Part shown: piece by piece, positions 48,512-60,556 of the stretch
Position numbering within the stretch: the stretch's first letter is position 1
Layout of the letters: every line of letters starts with the position of its first letter
From: Lama guanicoe
Lineage: Eukaryota
Direction of reading: 5' to 3'
Assembly: GCA_013239625.1 (NCBI GenBank)
Contig: MU054001.1
Coordinates: forward strand, 5,195,078 to 5,259,077
DNA length: 64,000 nt
Notes under the pieces: model-generated
Told to the model about the DNA's origin: nothing
The model's input: only the letters and a program-made list of their open reading frames with translations
Databases searched by the model: none
Program-made: the position numbers and the translations under genes

Positions 48512-51417
48512 GAGAGAGAAGCAAGATGGTGGAGTAGAAGGACACTCGTAGCTCACCCTCTCCCACAAATACACCAAAACTCACATCTATGGACCCACTC
48601 AGCCAAACAGAGCACCTGCAGAACTCCGACAGAACATTGCCCTCTTTGAAAGACAAAGATGCCAAAACTCTGGTAGGAGAAAAGGAGAAAAAGAAAGAAG
48701 AAAAAACAAAGCAGTCCAGGACCGGTTCTGTGGGGAGGGAGCGGCAAAAGAGGACTAACGCTCGTTTGCTGGGTCTCTCCCCTCCAATGGAGAGGCCAGC
48801 CGGATGGAGGAGGAGCCTCTGAGGCTCAGATCTGCCCCGAGCATCCCTTGACTAACAGAACTAAGTCAAATGGGCACAAAGTTTCCCTGAGACACCCAGC
48901 CCAAGATGTGAGCTGGCAACTGGGGGCTGGGACAGGCTGCCTGAGCCAGGTGGAGGACTGGGGCGGCTGCACTGAGGCAGCCCCAGGGGACTGCAGGGTG
49001 CTGGGCACCGTGGCTGGGAAGGGATATGGAGCAGAACAACCTCAGTCTCCCATAAATTGTGAAAAATCAAAGCAACATGGCTGGTGTGCCCTGGCGGAGA
49101 AGGGCGCTGTGTCCTTTGTCTCCTCAGACCCACGCCACCATTACTGGCACTTCTTGTGAGAAGAGAGGTGGGACGCAGCCACAGCCACCATATCCTCCTG
49201 TGTGCAGCACCCAGGCAGGGGGAGGGCCGAGACCTGAATCTGCACCTGGGGGCTCTGCAACCTCCTAGGCAGGACTGAGACTTGTTTACAGTCCGAGGCA
49301 GATAGGATCTTTCTGCCCTGGCACCTCAGAGAACTCGCACCACCAAGACAAACAGGAGCTGAGATTTGGCATGGAGCAGGGGCGGGGCTGTTCCATGATC
49401 TTCCCCAAGCCCGACTACAGAGCGCTGACCAGAGGCAGAGCGGCAGCTGCACAGAAGAGCAGAGCAACTGGCACTGGGAGAGGGTGGGCAGCCACTCACC
49501 TTCCTGGCAGGAACGCAGCACCTGACCACGGTGTTGGGAGGGGGCGTGATCCGCCCTCCTGCCTTGCCCAAGCTTAGCATCTGACTGCTGCATCGGGAGC
49601 GGGAGTGACCTGCTCACCCAGTGGTGCCAGAGAGATATGAGCAATATGAAGAAGCAGAGGAACCACTCCCAGTTAAAAGATCAAGAGAAATCCCCTGAAA
49701 GCACAATCAAGGAAATACACATTCATGGCCTAGTAGATCAAGATTTCAAAAAGGAGTGAGCAAAGTACTAAAGGAACTAAAAGAGATAGTGTTTAGAGAT
49801 ATAAAATATGTCAAAAATGAAATAGAAGCTATAAAGAAGAACCAAGTAGAATTAGTAAACTCATTTGCTGAGATGAGAGCTGACCTAAAGGCTGTACAAA
49901 GCAGGCTAGATAATGCAGAGGAATGAATAAATGACCCTAGAAGACAGGACAACATAAAGCACCCAATCAGAACAGCTGAGAGAAAAACAAATAAAAAACA
50001 ATGAAAGCAATATAAGGGACCTATAGGATAATATAAAGCACGCCAATCTATGCATAATAGGGGTTCCAGAAGGGGAAGAAAGAACAAAGGGGATTGAAAA
50101 GGTATTTGAAGAACTCATGACTGAAAACTTCCCAAACCTTAAAGAAGGAATCAGATATCTAAGTACAGGAGGCTCAGAGAGTCCCAAACAGGAAGAACCC
50201 AAACAGACCCACACCAAGACATATTATAATCAAGATGGCCAGAGTCAATGATGAAGAAATGCTCCTAAAGGCAGCAAGAGAAAAACAAAGAGTGAGTTAC
50301 AAGGGAACCCCCATAAGGCTCTCAGCTGATTTCTCTACACAAACAGTACAGGCCAGAAGGAAGTGGCAAGATATATTCAAAGTCCTGCATGAAAAAAGAT
50401 GCAGCCTAGGATACTCTGTCCAGCAAGGCTATCCTTTAGAATAGAAGGAGAGATAAAGAACTTCACAGACAATCAGAAACTAAAAGAGTTTAGCAACACT
50501 AAACCCATGCTAAAAGAAATATTGACAGGTCTACTCTAAATAGAAAAGAAGCAGGATGCTGCAAAAATGAGAAACTCATAACTGGAAAGGTGATAACTAC
50601 CATGAATTACAAATAGAATAAAATAAAATTGTAAAAGAAGACATCTAAATCATTAAGAGTGGGAGAGGGAAGCAAGGAAAGCCACTGTAGAAAACAGTAT
50701 GGAGAATCCTCAAAAGACTAGGAATGGACTTACCATATGACCCAGGAATCCTGCTCCTGGGCATATATCCAGAAGGAATCCTACTTCAGAGTGACGCCTG
50801 CACCCCAATGTTCATAGCAGCACTATTTTCAATAGCCAAGACATGGAAACAGCCTAAATGTCCATCAACAGATGACTGGATGAAGAAGAAGTGGTATATT
50901 TATACAGTGGAATACTATTCAGCCACAAAAACCGACAACATAATGCCATTTGCAGCAACATGGATGTTCCTGGAAAATGTCATTCTAAGTGAAGTAAGCC
51001 AGAAAGAGAAAGAAAAATACCATATGAGATCACTCATATGTAGAATCTTAAAAAAAAAACAAAACCCAACATAAATACAAAACAGAAACAGACTCATAGA
51101 CATAGAATACAAACTTGTGGTTGCCAGGGGGGCGGGGGGTGGGAAGGGACAGACTGGGATTCTAAAATGTAGAATAGATTAACAAGATTGTACTGTATAG
51201 CACAGAGAAATATATGCAAGATCTTAATGGTAGCTCACAGTGAAAAAAAAAGATGTGACAATGAATATATGTATGTTCATGTATAACTGAAAAATTGTGC
51301 TCTACACTGGAATTGGACACAACATTGTAAAGTGACTGTTACTCAATAAAAAAATGTTTAAAAAAATAAAATAAATAAAAAATAAAAGGGAGAAAAGACA
51401 AAAAAAAAAAAACAACA
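48512..51417 (+). mobile_element. L1 with intact ends but ORF2 almost entirely deleted (5'UTR + ORF1 + ORF2 C-terminus + 3'UTR + poly-A)
   Basis: YY1 motif CAAGATGGTGG at 48522; 17-bp TSD AAAAYCAGAGTCTCTTG at 48495-48511 and 51418-51434; junction at 50680-50682. Confidence 0.93.
49637..50539 (+). pseudogene. L1 ORF1p, disrupted by frameshifts and stops
   Basis: MSNMKKQRNHSQLKDQEKSPE... start; LLKAAREKQRVSYKGTPIRLSADFSTQTVQARRKWQDIFKVL; ends MLKEILTGLL*. Confidence 0.92.
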
Positions 51418-51525
51418 AAAATCAGAGTCTCTTGTCATAGACACACACATCAATGTCCTGACCACAACCTCAGGCTGCCAACTCAGATGGGCAAAAAAAT
51501 ACACATTTACTTACTGTTCACTGAA

Positions 51526-51923
51526 TGTGGTAAGCAGAATGATGGTGCCCCAAAGGTATACACAGCGTAGTTTCCAGAACCCATGACTACATGTCAAGGG
51601 AGACTCAAGGTGCAGATGGAATTAAGGTTGCTAATCAGCTCTTAAAAGCTTATTCTGGGTTATGGAGGTATACCCAATACAAAGTGGAGGAAAGGGCCTC
51701 AAGTCAAGTACAGTGGGAGGCCTGCAAAGCTGAAAAAGACCAGGAAACAGATTCGCACCTAGTGTCTCCAGAAGAAACGTGGCTCTGCAGGCATCTTGAG
51801 TTTTTGTCCAGTGAGAAATTGTGTCAAACTTCTAACCTGCAGAACTGTAAGATAATAAATTTGTGTTGTTTCAAGTCACTAAGTTTGTGGTCTCTGTTAC
51901 AGCAGTGATAGGAAACTGATACC
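51526..51923 (+). mobile_element. MaLR solo LTR (MLT1D/E-type)
   Basis: TGTGGTAAGCAGAATGATGG...CAGAACTGTAAGATAATAAATTTGTGTTGTTTCAAG...GGAAACTGATAC; 5-bp TSD CTGAA at 51521-51525 and 51924-51928. Confidence 0.88.
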
Positions 51924-52117
51924 CTGAAACTTAATCATCATTTCATGCCTCTGTTCAACTAGGTAGTGGAAACTTAGTCAATTTGATATTTCCGTTTCCC
52001 CAGGATTGTTACTAAGTTCAAGAGGCAGGGTTTATGGGTACCAAGAGATTAGGGTGGGTTATCTGGTCCTTGGTTGTCACTTATCTATGCTGGTGACCTT
52101 TAAAGAAGTGTTTAAAG

Positions 52118-52895
52118 TGCTGGGAAGGGTGTGGAGCAAAGGGAACCCTCCTACACTCTTGGAGGGAATGTAGTTTGGTGCAACCATTATGGAAAACACT
52201 ATGGAAATTCCTCAAAAAACTAAAAATATACTTACCATATGATCCAGCAATCCCACTTTTGGGTATATATTCAGAGAGAATTCACATTTGAAAAGATACA
52301 TGCACCCCAATGTTCATAGCAGCATTATTCACAATAGCCAAGACATGGAAACAACCAAAATGGCCATCGACAGATGATTGGATAAAGAAGTTGTGGTATA
52401 TTTATACAATGGAATATTATTCAGCCATAAAAATGAATAAAATAATACCACTTGCAGCAACATGGATGGAGCTGGAGATTGTCATTCTAAGTGAAGTAAG
52501 CCAGAAAGAAAAAGAAAAATACCATATCACTCATATGTGGAATCTAAAAAGAAGAAAAAAGAGGACACCAATGAACTCATCTATAAAACAGACTTGCAGA
52601 CATAGAAAACAATCTTACAGTTACTGGGGAGAAAGGGGATGGAAAGGGATAAATTTGGGAGTTTGAGATTTGCAAATAAACACTACTATATATAAAATAA
52701 ACAACAAGCTTCTGCTGTATAGCACAGGGAATTATATTCAATATCTTGTGGTAACTTGTGGTGAAAAAGAATATGAAAAGGAATATGTGTGTGTATATGT
52801 ATGATTGAAACATTATGCGGTATACCAGAAATCGATGCAACATCGTAAACTGACTGCGTGTCAGTTAAAAAAAAATACAAAAGAAAAAGAAAAGA
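52118..52895 (+). mobile_element. 5'-truncated L1 3' end
   Basis: MFIAALFTIAKTWKQPKWPSTDDWIKKLWYIYTMEYYSAIK plus 3'UTR and A-tail. Confidence 0.95.
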
Positions 52896-53577
52896 CTGAA
52901 CCTCGGTTATGAATCTGAATCCTTTGCTCTCTGATTCTGATGAGCTACCCCTCTCTTAAAGACCGATGGCCCATGGTCTCCTGCCCCGGGGGGAGGGTTA
53001 TGAGATAATGGTCAATATTGGTGGGAGTTCCAGGAGCACCTTGATTAATACTTCTGGATATTTTTCCTCTGTATCAGTAGTGGTATTTGCCAGCTGCTAT
53101 CATCTTCAAGAGGAAACAGGCTTGACCACCATGCCTGTGTCGGAAGTGGTCCCATTCATCAGGGAGCTGGGGAGAGATGGGGTAGCAAAGCTTGAGAAAA
53201 AAAAAAATGGCATAGCTGTCAACTGGACCAGATTCTCCCAGTCTGGAATGTGAATCAGGAAATTGTGAGTTGCCCAGCAGGCTGCTAACGTATGGAGGGA
53301 CAAGAGGACTCATACAGAGAAGCAGGGAGGCTGACATTCAGAGGCATACTAGTAGTGAAAAACAAGGGAAAACCAGCCACAGATCCTATTTGGAGGAGCC
53401 AGAGACACCTGGTCCCTGAAGCTTGCTGGACCACAGGGCTGACAACAGCCTTTCCTGGATACCAAGAGCTTGCTGTCTTCCTTGGGCTCAGGTGGCCATA
53501 CAACAGTCCCATTATTTGAGGCAGCCAAATGAGGCTCTAACGTATTATTTCATTTACTTGATTCCAAAGACCATGTT

Positions 53578-53733
53578 ATGTAGAGCACAGGGAACTATAT
53601 TCAATATCTTGTAGTAACCTTTAATGAAAAAGAATATGGAGATAAATATGGGTACGTATAGGCATGACTGGGACATTATGCTGTACACCAGAAATTGACA
53701 CATTGTAGATGACTATACTTCAATTTAAAAAAA
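53578..53733 (+). mobile_element. Short L1 3'UTR terminus
   Basis: AGCACAGGGAACTATATTCAATATC...GACTATACTTCAATTTAAAAAAA; TSD AAAGACYATGTT at 53566-53577 and 53734-53745. Confidence 0.9.
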
Positions 53734-53741
53734 AAAGACTA

Positions 53742-54132
53742 TGTTTTTTGGTTGAGCTGTGTCCGCTCAAAATTCATATGTTAAAGTCCTAACCCCTAGT
53801 AACTCAGAATGTGACTTTATTTGGACAAAGGATCTTTAAAGAGCTAACTAAGGTTAAGTGAGGTCTTTGGGTTGGGCCCTAACCCAGTATCACTGGTGTC
53901 CTCAAAGAAGAAGACATTTGAACACAGACAAACCTAGAGGGAAACCATGTGAAGACAAGACGCAGGGAGAAGGCAGCCGTCTGCAAGCCGAGGAGCGAGG
54001 CCTCAGAAGAAACCAACCCTGCTGAGACCTTGATCTCAGACTCCCAGGTTCCAGAACTGTGAGAGAACACACTTCTGTTTAGGACCCTCAGTCTGCGGTG
54101 CTTTGTTATGGCAGCCTGAGCAAACTGATGTG
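53742..54132 (+). mobile_element. MaLR solo LTR (MLT1A/B-type)
   Basis: AAATTCATATGTTAAAGTCCTAACCCCTAGTA...GAGGCCTCAGAAGAAACCAACCCTGCTGA...CCAGAACTGTGAGA. Confidence 0.88.
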
Positions 54133-56074
54133 GGCCTTAAGGCCCTTTGTCCTAAGGTCCTGTGGTCGGAAGAGAATGGGTAGGCAGGGCAGCCCGAACC
54201 TTCCTTCTGGCCAAACCTGGGGGTCACTTTGTTAAATACACACACCCCTCCTCCCTAAGGAAAACCAGTGCCCCATCCCTCGACCTTCCCCTCCCTGTTC
54301 TTCCTTATGCTTTGATTTCCTGCCTGCATTTCTAAGCCCCAAACGCTTGATATCATTAACCTGAAACAAGTCAAATGCTTTGGGGGGAGAAAATGCATCT
54401 CCAAACCACATTCAGGGAGTTGCTTCTCTCAGGCTCTGGCTCTGAATTCACATCTTTCCCAGCCTCTGAGCTTGTGCCACGATCCCTCCAAGTTTTTTTC
54501 TGCCAGAACGAATTCTTCCCTTTGTCTCTTGAGCAGTGTCCCAGGAGCTTCGCACCTTCATTACCAGTCATTCACAGGATGATATTAGGTGATATATAGA
54601 GAAATATTTTCCACATTGAGAGTTATGTATTTATTTTAATGTCTAGTAGGAAAAAAAAAATAAAGCCCACACATCAAACCTGTGATTTCACAGATATTAT
54701 TGCTTATCCTGAGGCTAATCTTGGTGCTTGAACGTACTAAGTAAATACCAACAAAACGATAGGGTGAAAATCAGGACAGGGATGTGAGAATGGCTGAAGC
54801 TTTGGGGACGAGGATTGTCATAGCAAGTGAGTAGGGTGGGGAGATTCAGAGAGGGGGCTCCTGTGAGTCAGTGCTGGGGAGGTGCGAAAAGGTTCTCATC
54901 TGCCCACGCCTCCACGACTCCCTCTCTGTAACTGACCCAGGAAAACCCGACCTCGGCTGTCTGTGTCACAGGATACACTACATGTGGAAAGCTGCCAGGG
55001 AACTCTCAGGGGAAGCCAGAAGGGTCCTCAGGAATTCATGCTTGTTGTGGGGACTTTGGCTTCCAAGTCAGTAGGTGTTTCAGAGGCTGGAAGGGGCTTC
55101 ACTTTTCCCAAACTCCCCCGCCTTGTCCTAAGCGAGCAACCGCAGCTGTGAAATGAATTTGGTTCCCCCTGTTTGTGCATTAGACAAATGCAAGCCCTGT
55201 CTGTGAGCCCAGCCACTCAGCAGCACCCTGCAGGGAACCCAACTGTCGCAGACAAGCGGCAGAACCCACCCCGCTGAGAAGCCGAAGCCGAAGGCAGCAT
55301 CCCGAGGCCGACGGCGTCGGGGAGAGGGGGCAGGAGACGGGGGGCATCTGCAAAATGGTCAATCCACCGGGCACGGACATCCAGGCAAGAGGGGAGGCCT
55401 GTGTCCCCAAGCACAGGGTGACACACCAGCAGCCAGGTAGTCCAGGGCTCCATCTTCCTGTCCTGCCGAAAGATCACTTAGCTGCAAATGCTTATGACTC
55501 CCTCATTTGACTGAGTTGTAGCTTGTTAGTTCTAAGGAGCCTTTAAAAAATTGAGTATTATGAGAAAGCAGGCAACTGTGTGGGCCCTTTCTGATGTAAC
55601 TGTGCGTCTCTGGCTATAGCCATCCAATGGCATTTAAGGCTCATTAAATTTTGAATCTCGGTGTCACCTGCCTTGGGCTCAAAATAGTTCTCCGCGTGCC
55701 TTTTGTCGCCTAACTCCATTTTAATGGAAATTGTTTCCATTCACCTCTCTGTTCCCTTCCTGCTAGCAACACCAATCTTTAATAATCTCCAAAGCAGACC
55801 CATTCACTCTGTGAACCTGTCATTTGCAGAATACACTGGACCTTGACGGATGTAAATGGCTTATGGTAACAACGTGAGGAGCACAGTTAGGTGCTCCTCC
55901 GCTTCTCCTTCCCGCTGTGGCCCCACGCTAGGATGCCACTGCTCCGACTCACCCTCAGTGTCGCCACTGACTGGTAGCTTTGTCAGACCCTGGACCCTGT
56001 CTTCTGTCTTAACCCAGGAAAATTCCAGGGTCTAACCCATGAAAAGCATGTACCCCACCTAAGGGCACAGCCAT

Positions 56075-56310
56075 TGGTCATGATAAATAAACCTTACATA
56101 GCCCTTAACAAGCACAAGATGCTATTCCCAGTGCTTACAACTGGATGACGTGGGGATTATCTTTTTTTTTTTTTAATGTAGATGAAGAGACTGAAGCACA
56201 GAGAAGTTAAGTAAATCACCCAAAGTCACACAGCAATGAAGCTGTGCAGCTGGAATTTGAACCAGGCCATCTGAAGCCAGAAGCCATACTCCCACCCACT
56301 GTGTTATACC
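56075..56310 (-). mobile_element. MIR
   Basis: AGATGAAGAGACTGAAGCACAGAGAAGTTAAGTAAATCACCCAAAGTCACACAGC...GGAATTTGAACCAGG. Confidence 0.85.
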
Positions 56311-56359
56311 TGCCACCACACCCCTTCAACTAATGACTTTCACATAAATATTAGACAAG

Positions 56360-56548
56360 CACTGCCAGGTCTTCAGATATTTTCAGAGAAACCAGAAATC
56401 TGAACTTTTACCTAAAATGTCCCAATTTTTAAAAAGTGACCAGTAAAATCTTTAAAAAAAATTTTTTTTAATCACCGCGAGGGAGAAACAAAATATGTCT
56501 ACGGACAGACACCGGTTTATTTGCCACCTGCGCAAGACCGCTGGTTTA
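56360..56548. mobile_element. MER103-like hAT-Charlie MITE fragment
   Basis: GCCAGGTCTTCAGATATTTTCAGAGAAACCAGAAATCTGAAC...CCCAATTTTTAAA...AAACAAAATATGTCT. Confidence 0.6.
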
Positions 56549-57515
56549 GACTAACTTTTTAAAGAGAACCAAGCGGCCATCAAATTCAAACCCTTCCGCG
56601 ATTAACAAGAAACTTCCTTTCTTAGGAGCTGGGCAGAGAGCCCTGGGGGCAGGCGGAATTCAGGGCTGAGACCCAAGCTGGATAACCCGAAAGTCACCGC
56701 GCTTCACAGAGCAGGCAGCTCCTCCAATCGTGACAGTGACGATGCTCTAAAGAAGGGTTCAAGGAAACCGGCTTTGCCATTGGTTGCCACCTGCACCGCA
56801 TTATATCAATGCAGCCAGTGTAGCAACCAGCGCAAGAAATGTCAGCTCTCGTTAGCCTGCATATAAATCTGCCTCCACGAGAGGCGGGATGAGAGAATGA
56901 CAGGGAAAATGCCAGGAAGCAGGAACATATGTTGTTCACACAAAGAGAACCTCCGACCATGGGTGTCACCCTCCGCAGCCCGGGCACCTGGAACAGGAAG
57001 GCTTTGTTTTGCCTCGCCCCCCACCTCCCACCCCCCCGCACCCCGCACCGCCCTCCCATAACAGGAGACCGGGAGATGTGTTTCCTCATCCATGTTAGGA
57101 GGTTCAGCTAAGTGTTTGCTGACACAGCTGAACAGTCGTAAAATGTCATAAAGAGTAAATGACTTGATAATGCAAAACAGTAATTAGGATGTGGTACATG
57201 TTTATGCTATTTACATATTTTAACACCCTGGTATTAACGAGTCTTCCGTGATAGTATATAAATGCTCCATCCTTGGTGCAAAGCATCCTGGCTGCCACAA
57301 ATAGGCGTCCCTACAAGCAAATAAATGCCCCTTCCCTTTCTGTCTATTCTCATTCTGTATCTGCATTCCTGGGAGCCCACCTGGCTGGAAAGTGGGCATC
57401 GGATCACCCTCCCCAGGATACACAGGTGTAGATGCCATCAGAGGAAACTCCAGAGAGAAGGAAGTTCCGCCCTTGGTGAGAAATCCCACTGCTGGCTGTC
57501 TAAAGAAGCTGGAGG

Positions 57516-57715
57516 CAGTAGGTGAGCTGACAAATGGGTAACAAGGGCTCTCAAAATAAAAACAAAAAACTACAATCCCTGATTAGTAGCGTTTGCCAAT
57601 TTCCATGGAGTAAACACTCCCCCATGGCCAATTTCAAGCTTCCAACACAGACAATAGTGTTGGGAAGAGACGCACCTGGTCAGCTATCAGGACCAAGCTG
57701 CGTCTAGCACACGGT
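57516..57715. mobile_element. MER63-like hAT MITE
   Basis: CCCTGATTAGTAGCGTTTGCCAATTTCCATGGAGTAAACACTCCC...ATTTCAAGCT...GGGAAGAGA...CTAGCACAC. Confidence 0.7.
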
Positions 57716-59624
57716 TAGTTGAAGGTCATGGGCCGCCATCTAATTGGCCTCAGCCACTGCCTCAGTCCCTCTCTGCGTGCAGAGAATTATGACAGGGCTG
57801 TAGCTCCAGAACTGTGCTTCATTCCAGATATTTTCCAAGATGCTGGGACCCAGATCTTTTATTGTGCAAAAGAAATTGAGTTGGGAAGCTGGTAGGAAAT
57901 CACATTACCTTTGCTGCACAAATGAGGAAACTGCAGCCCAGAGTGGGGAAGAATTTCTGCAAGGACACACAGTAATCTGGCATTAGCATCAGGGGCTGGA
58001 ACTCAGCCTTTCTTATTCTCAACCCAATGCTCTTTGCACTGTGACCCTTTCCCTGTGCATGCTGATCCCCACCCAGTAGACACAGCCTTCCTCTGTGCCT
58101 CCAGGTCTCTTCCTCACCAGCCCCTGTGTGTGTGAGTGTGTGCATGCATGTTGGACAACGGGGCCTGGCAGGCTGACAGAGCCCTGCATGGTGATGATAG
58201 TTGCCAGGTAACAGGAAGGCATCATGGCAGAAACCTTCCTTCGCAGATACGGGGAAATGGATGCAGCAGGGACTAGACCCTCCCTGGAGAAGAACTTGGC
58301 AATGTCTGGTGTGAGGGTCTTCATTCAGAAGTGGTGTATATACCCAAGGAGGAGTGGCTGGGAGGACATTCTGGCTTAATGGGACCTTGAAGAGGAGCTG
58401 GTCTTTGCTCTTGTGTACTCAATAGGGAAACTGAGACCCAGAGCTGAGAAAGGACTTGTCCAAAGTTACACCATTAGTTGGTTTCACAACTGGAGCTACT
58501 GGAAATGGATGAAGTAGGATCTGAGGCTCCCAAAGACCATCACTGAAAATGAAAGAAGTTTTCTTAGGCAAAACAGCCCCCAAAGCCAAGCCAGGAGGTT
58601 TAACAATAACCTCTGTGGCTGCATCTCTGGAATGTGCTCCAGGGTGCTGTTCTTGCCCATCGTGGACCCTTCCCATCCCAGCCCCCAGGGGAGGGGAGAG
58701 AGCCGGGAAGCAGTGAGAGGGACTAGAAAGAATGATGCTGACGTCATGGGGGGCCGTGAAGTTCTGAGGGGTCACTCGGCTGAACAGATGGCGGGCAGAT
58801 ATTGGTTTTAACTCACACATGGTTGAGTAAATAATGTCTAAGTTTTTCTTGCCAGCCTGGGGAGCCGAGCAGATCGCACTGAGTGGAGGTACCTCCACCT
58901 CCCGCCCGCATCATCTGCTCTTCCCGGAGTTTTCATTTCCTACCCTGTTTGTGCTTTAGAGCATGGCTGGCTGGTCAGGAAGCCGTGCCCTTGGAGGCAG
59001 GAGTGTGTATGCGGAAAGAGGGAGAGAGGGGGTGGAACAGGGTGGGGGAGGCAGCCTGGCACTTGGTTGCAACATGTGCCTGGGTAGTACCTGTCAGGCA
59101 AAATCACAGTCAAGAGCAACACAGGCAGATTTCCTGGGGGGATTGGCTGTGTTTCAATTCTTGATAGCAGAGAACCTCAGAGGACAAGACCAAGAGATGC
59201 ACTTGGTCTGCCTTCCAGGAAGACGGTCTCTCCGTCCATGGATCAAAAAGCTGGGTCTGGTGAACCTTCCAGGCAGGGCTCCAGGGTTCTGACCCTGATT
59301 CAGCCACTCACTCGTCTGAGGCATTTCTCTTAATTCCTCTGAGCCTCGGTTTCCTTATGTGTCTGAAGAGGATGTTGGCTCTACTCGAGGGGAAGAAGGG
59401 TTTGAGTGAACGAAATGTGCATGAACGGAAGACAAAGAATGGGGATTCATGTGGTTTATTAGCCCACGAGTCCCCAGTGCAGCAGAAATGAATTTATTCC
59501 ACCATCATTTTTGAGTACCATCTCAATCAAGCCTTGAGACACAGAAATGAGGGAGGCATGATCCTGGTCCAAGGAGCCCACCTCTGAGTGGGGAGACAGA
59601 CAAGGAAATGAAATTACAAGAATG

Positions 59625-59855
59625 AGTGGGCTCTGGGGTCAGACTGCCTGAGCTCCCGTTTCTGTTTGTTGCCTAAAAGCAGTAACCTTGGGCTGGTAAC
59701 CTCTGTGTCTCAGCTCCCTCATCTCTAAAATGGGCATCATAAGAGTAGCTACGTCACTGGGTTGTGTGAGGACAAAAAAAAAAAAAAAAGCAAGCAAATC
59801 CAACATGGTGCCTGGACCCATGACAAAGGCTCACAAATGTCAGCTGTTGCTATGA
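59625..59855 (+). mobile_element. MIR
   Basis: GGGCTCTGGGGTCAGACTGCCTGAG...AACCTCTGTGTCTCAGCTCCCTCATCTCTAAAATGGGCATCATAA. Confidence 0.8.
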
Positions 59856-60099
59856 CCAAGTGCTATGCAGTGATGGCTCAAGATGCCAGGAGCACCGGGA
59901 GAGAGACTCACCCCACCCCTGGGGGAGCTGGTCAGGGAAGGCTGCTGGAGGTAGGGACTCAGCTGGATCTTGAAGAACATGTTAAGTATCAGCCAGGAAA
60001 AAGCAAATCCATTCAATAAATACTATGGAGCAAGGAATCTGGCAAGAATGGAGAGCAAGACAGACAAGGTCTATGCCTTCTTGTAGCTCATTCTTGACC

Positions 60100-60556
60100 T
60101 GGGGTCAGCAAACTTGTGCTATGAACGATCGGATAGTAAGTATTTAGGCTTTGTGGTTCCTACGGTTTCTGTCACAGCCACTCAACTCTGCTGCTGTGTG
60201 AAAGCAGTCACAGGCAATACAGGAATAAACAGGCATGCTGGGCTCCCATAAAACTTTAATTCTGAGGATGTTAGCTAGACTTATCATTTCACAATACATA
60301 CAAATATGGAATCATCACACTGTACACCTGACACTAATTTAATGCTATATGTCAATTATATCCCAATTTTTAAAAATCCTTAATTTTGAACACTGAAATT
60401 TGAATTTCATAAAATTTTGGCATTATGAAATATTACTTTTCTTTCCTCCCACCCCCAGCATTTAAAAATGTAAAAACCATTCTTACCCCCTGGGCTATAC
60501 TAAAAACAGGCTATGGGCTGGATTTAGCCCATGGGCTATAGTTTTCAGACTCTTGA
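60100..60556. mobile_element. MER58B-like hAT-Charlie MITE with a nested short L1 3' end (~60262-60375)
   Basis: GGGGTCAGCAAACTT...CACTCAACTCTGC...ATAAAACTTT / CACTGAAATTTGAATTTCATA...GGGCTGGATTTAGCCCATGGGCTATAGTTT; insert ends TGTCAATTATATCCCAATTTTTAAAAA. Confidence 0.8.

Noticed and set aside
49141..49644. 167-aa antisense ORF in the L1 5'UTR (ORF0-like?)
   Set aside because: TTG start in a GC-rich UTR where long ORFs arise by chance; ORF0 is described for primate L1s and I see no similarity.
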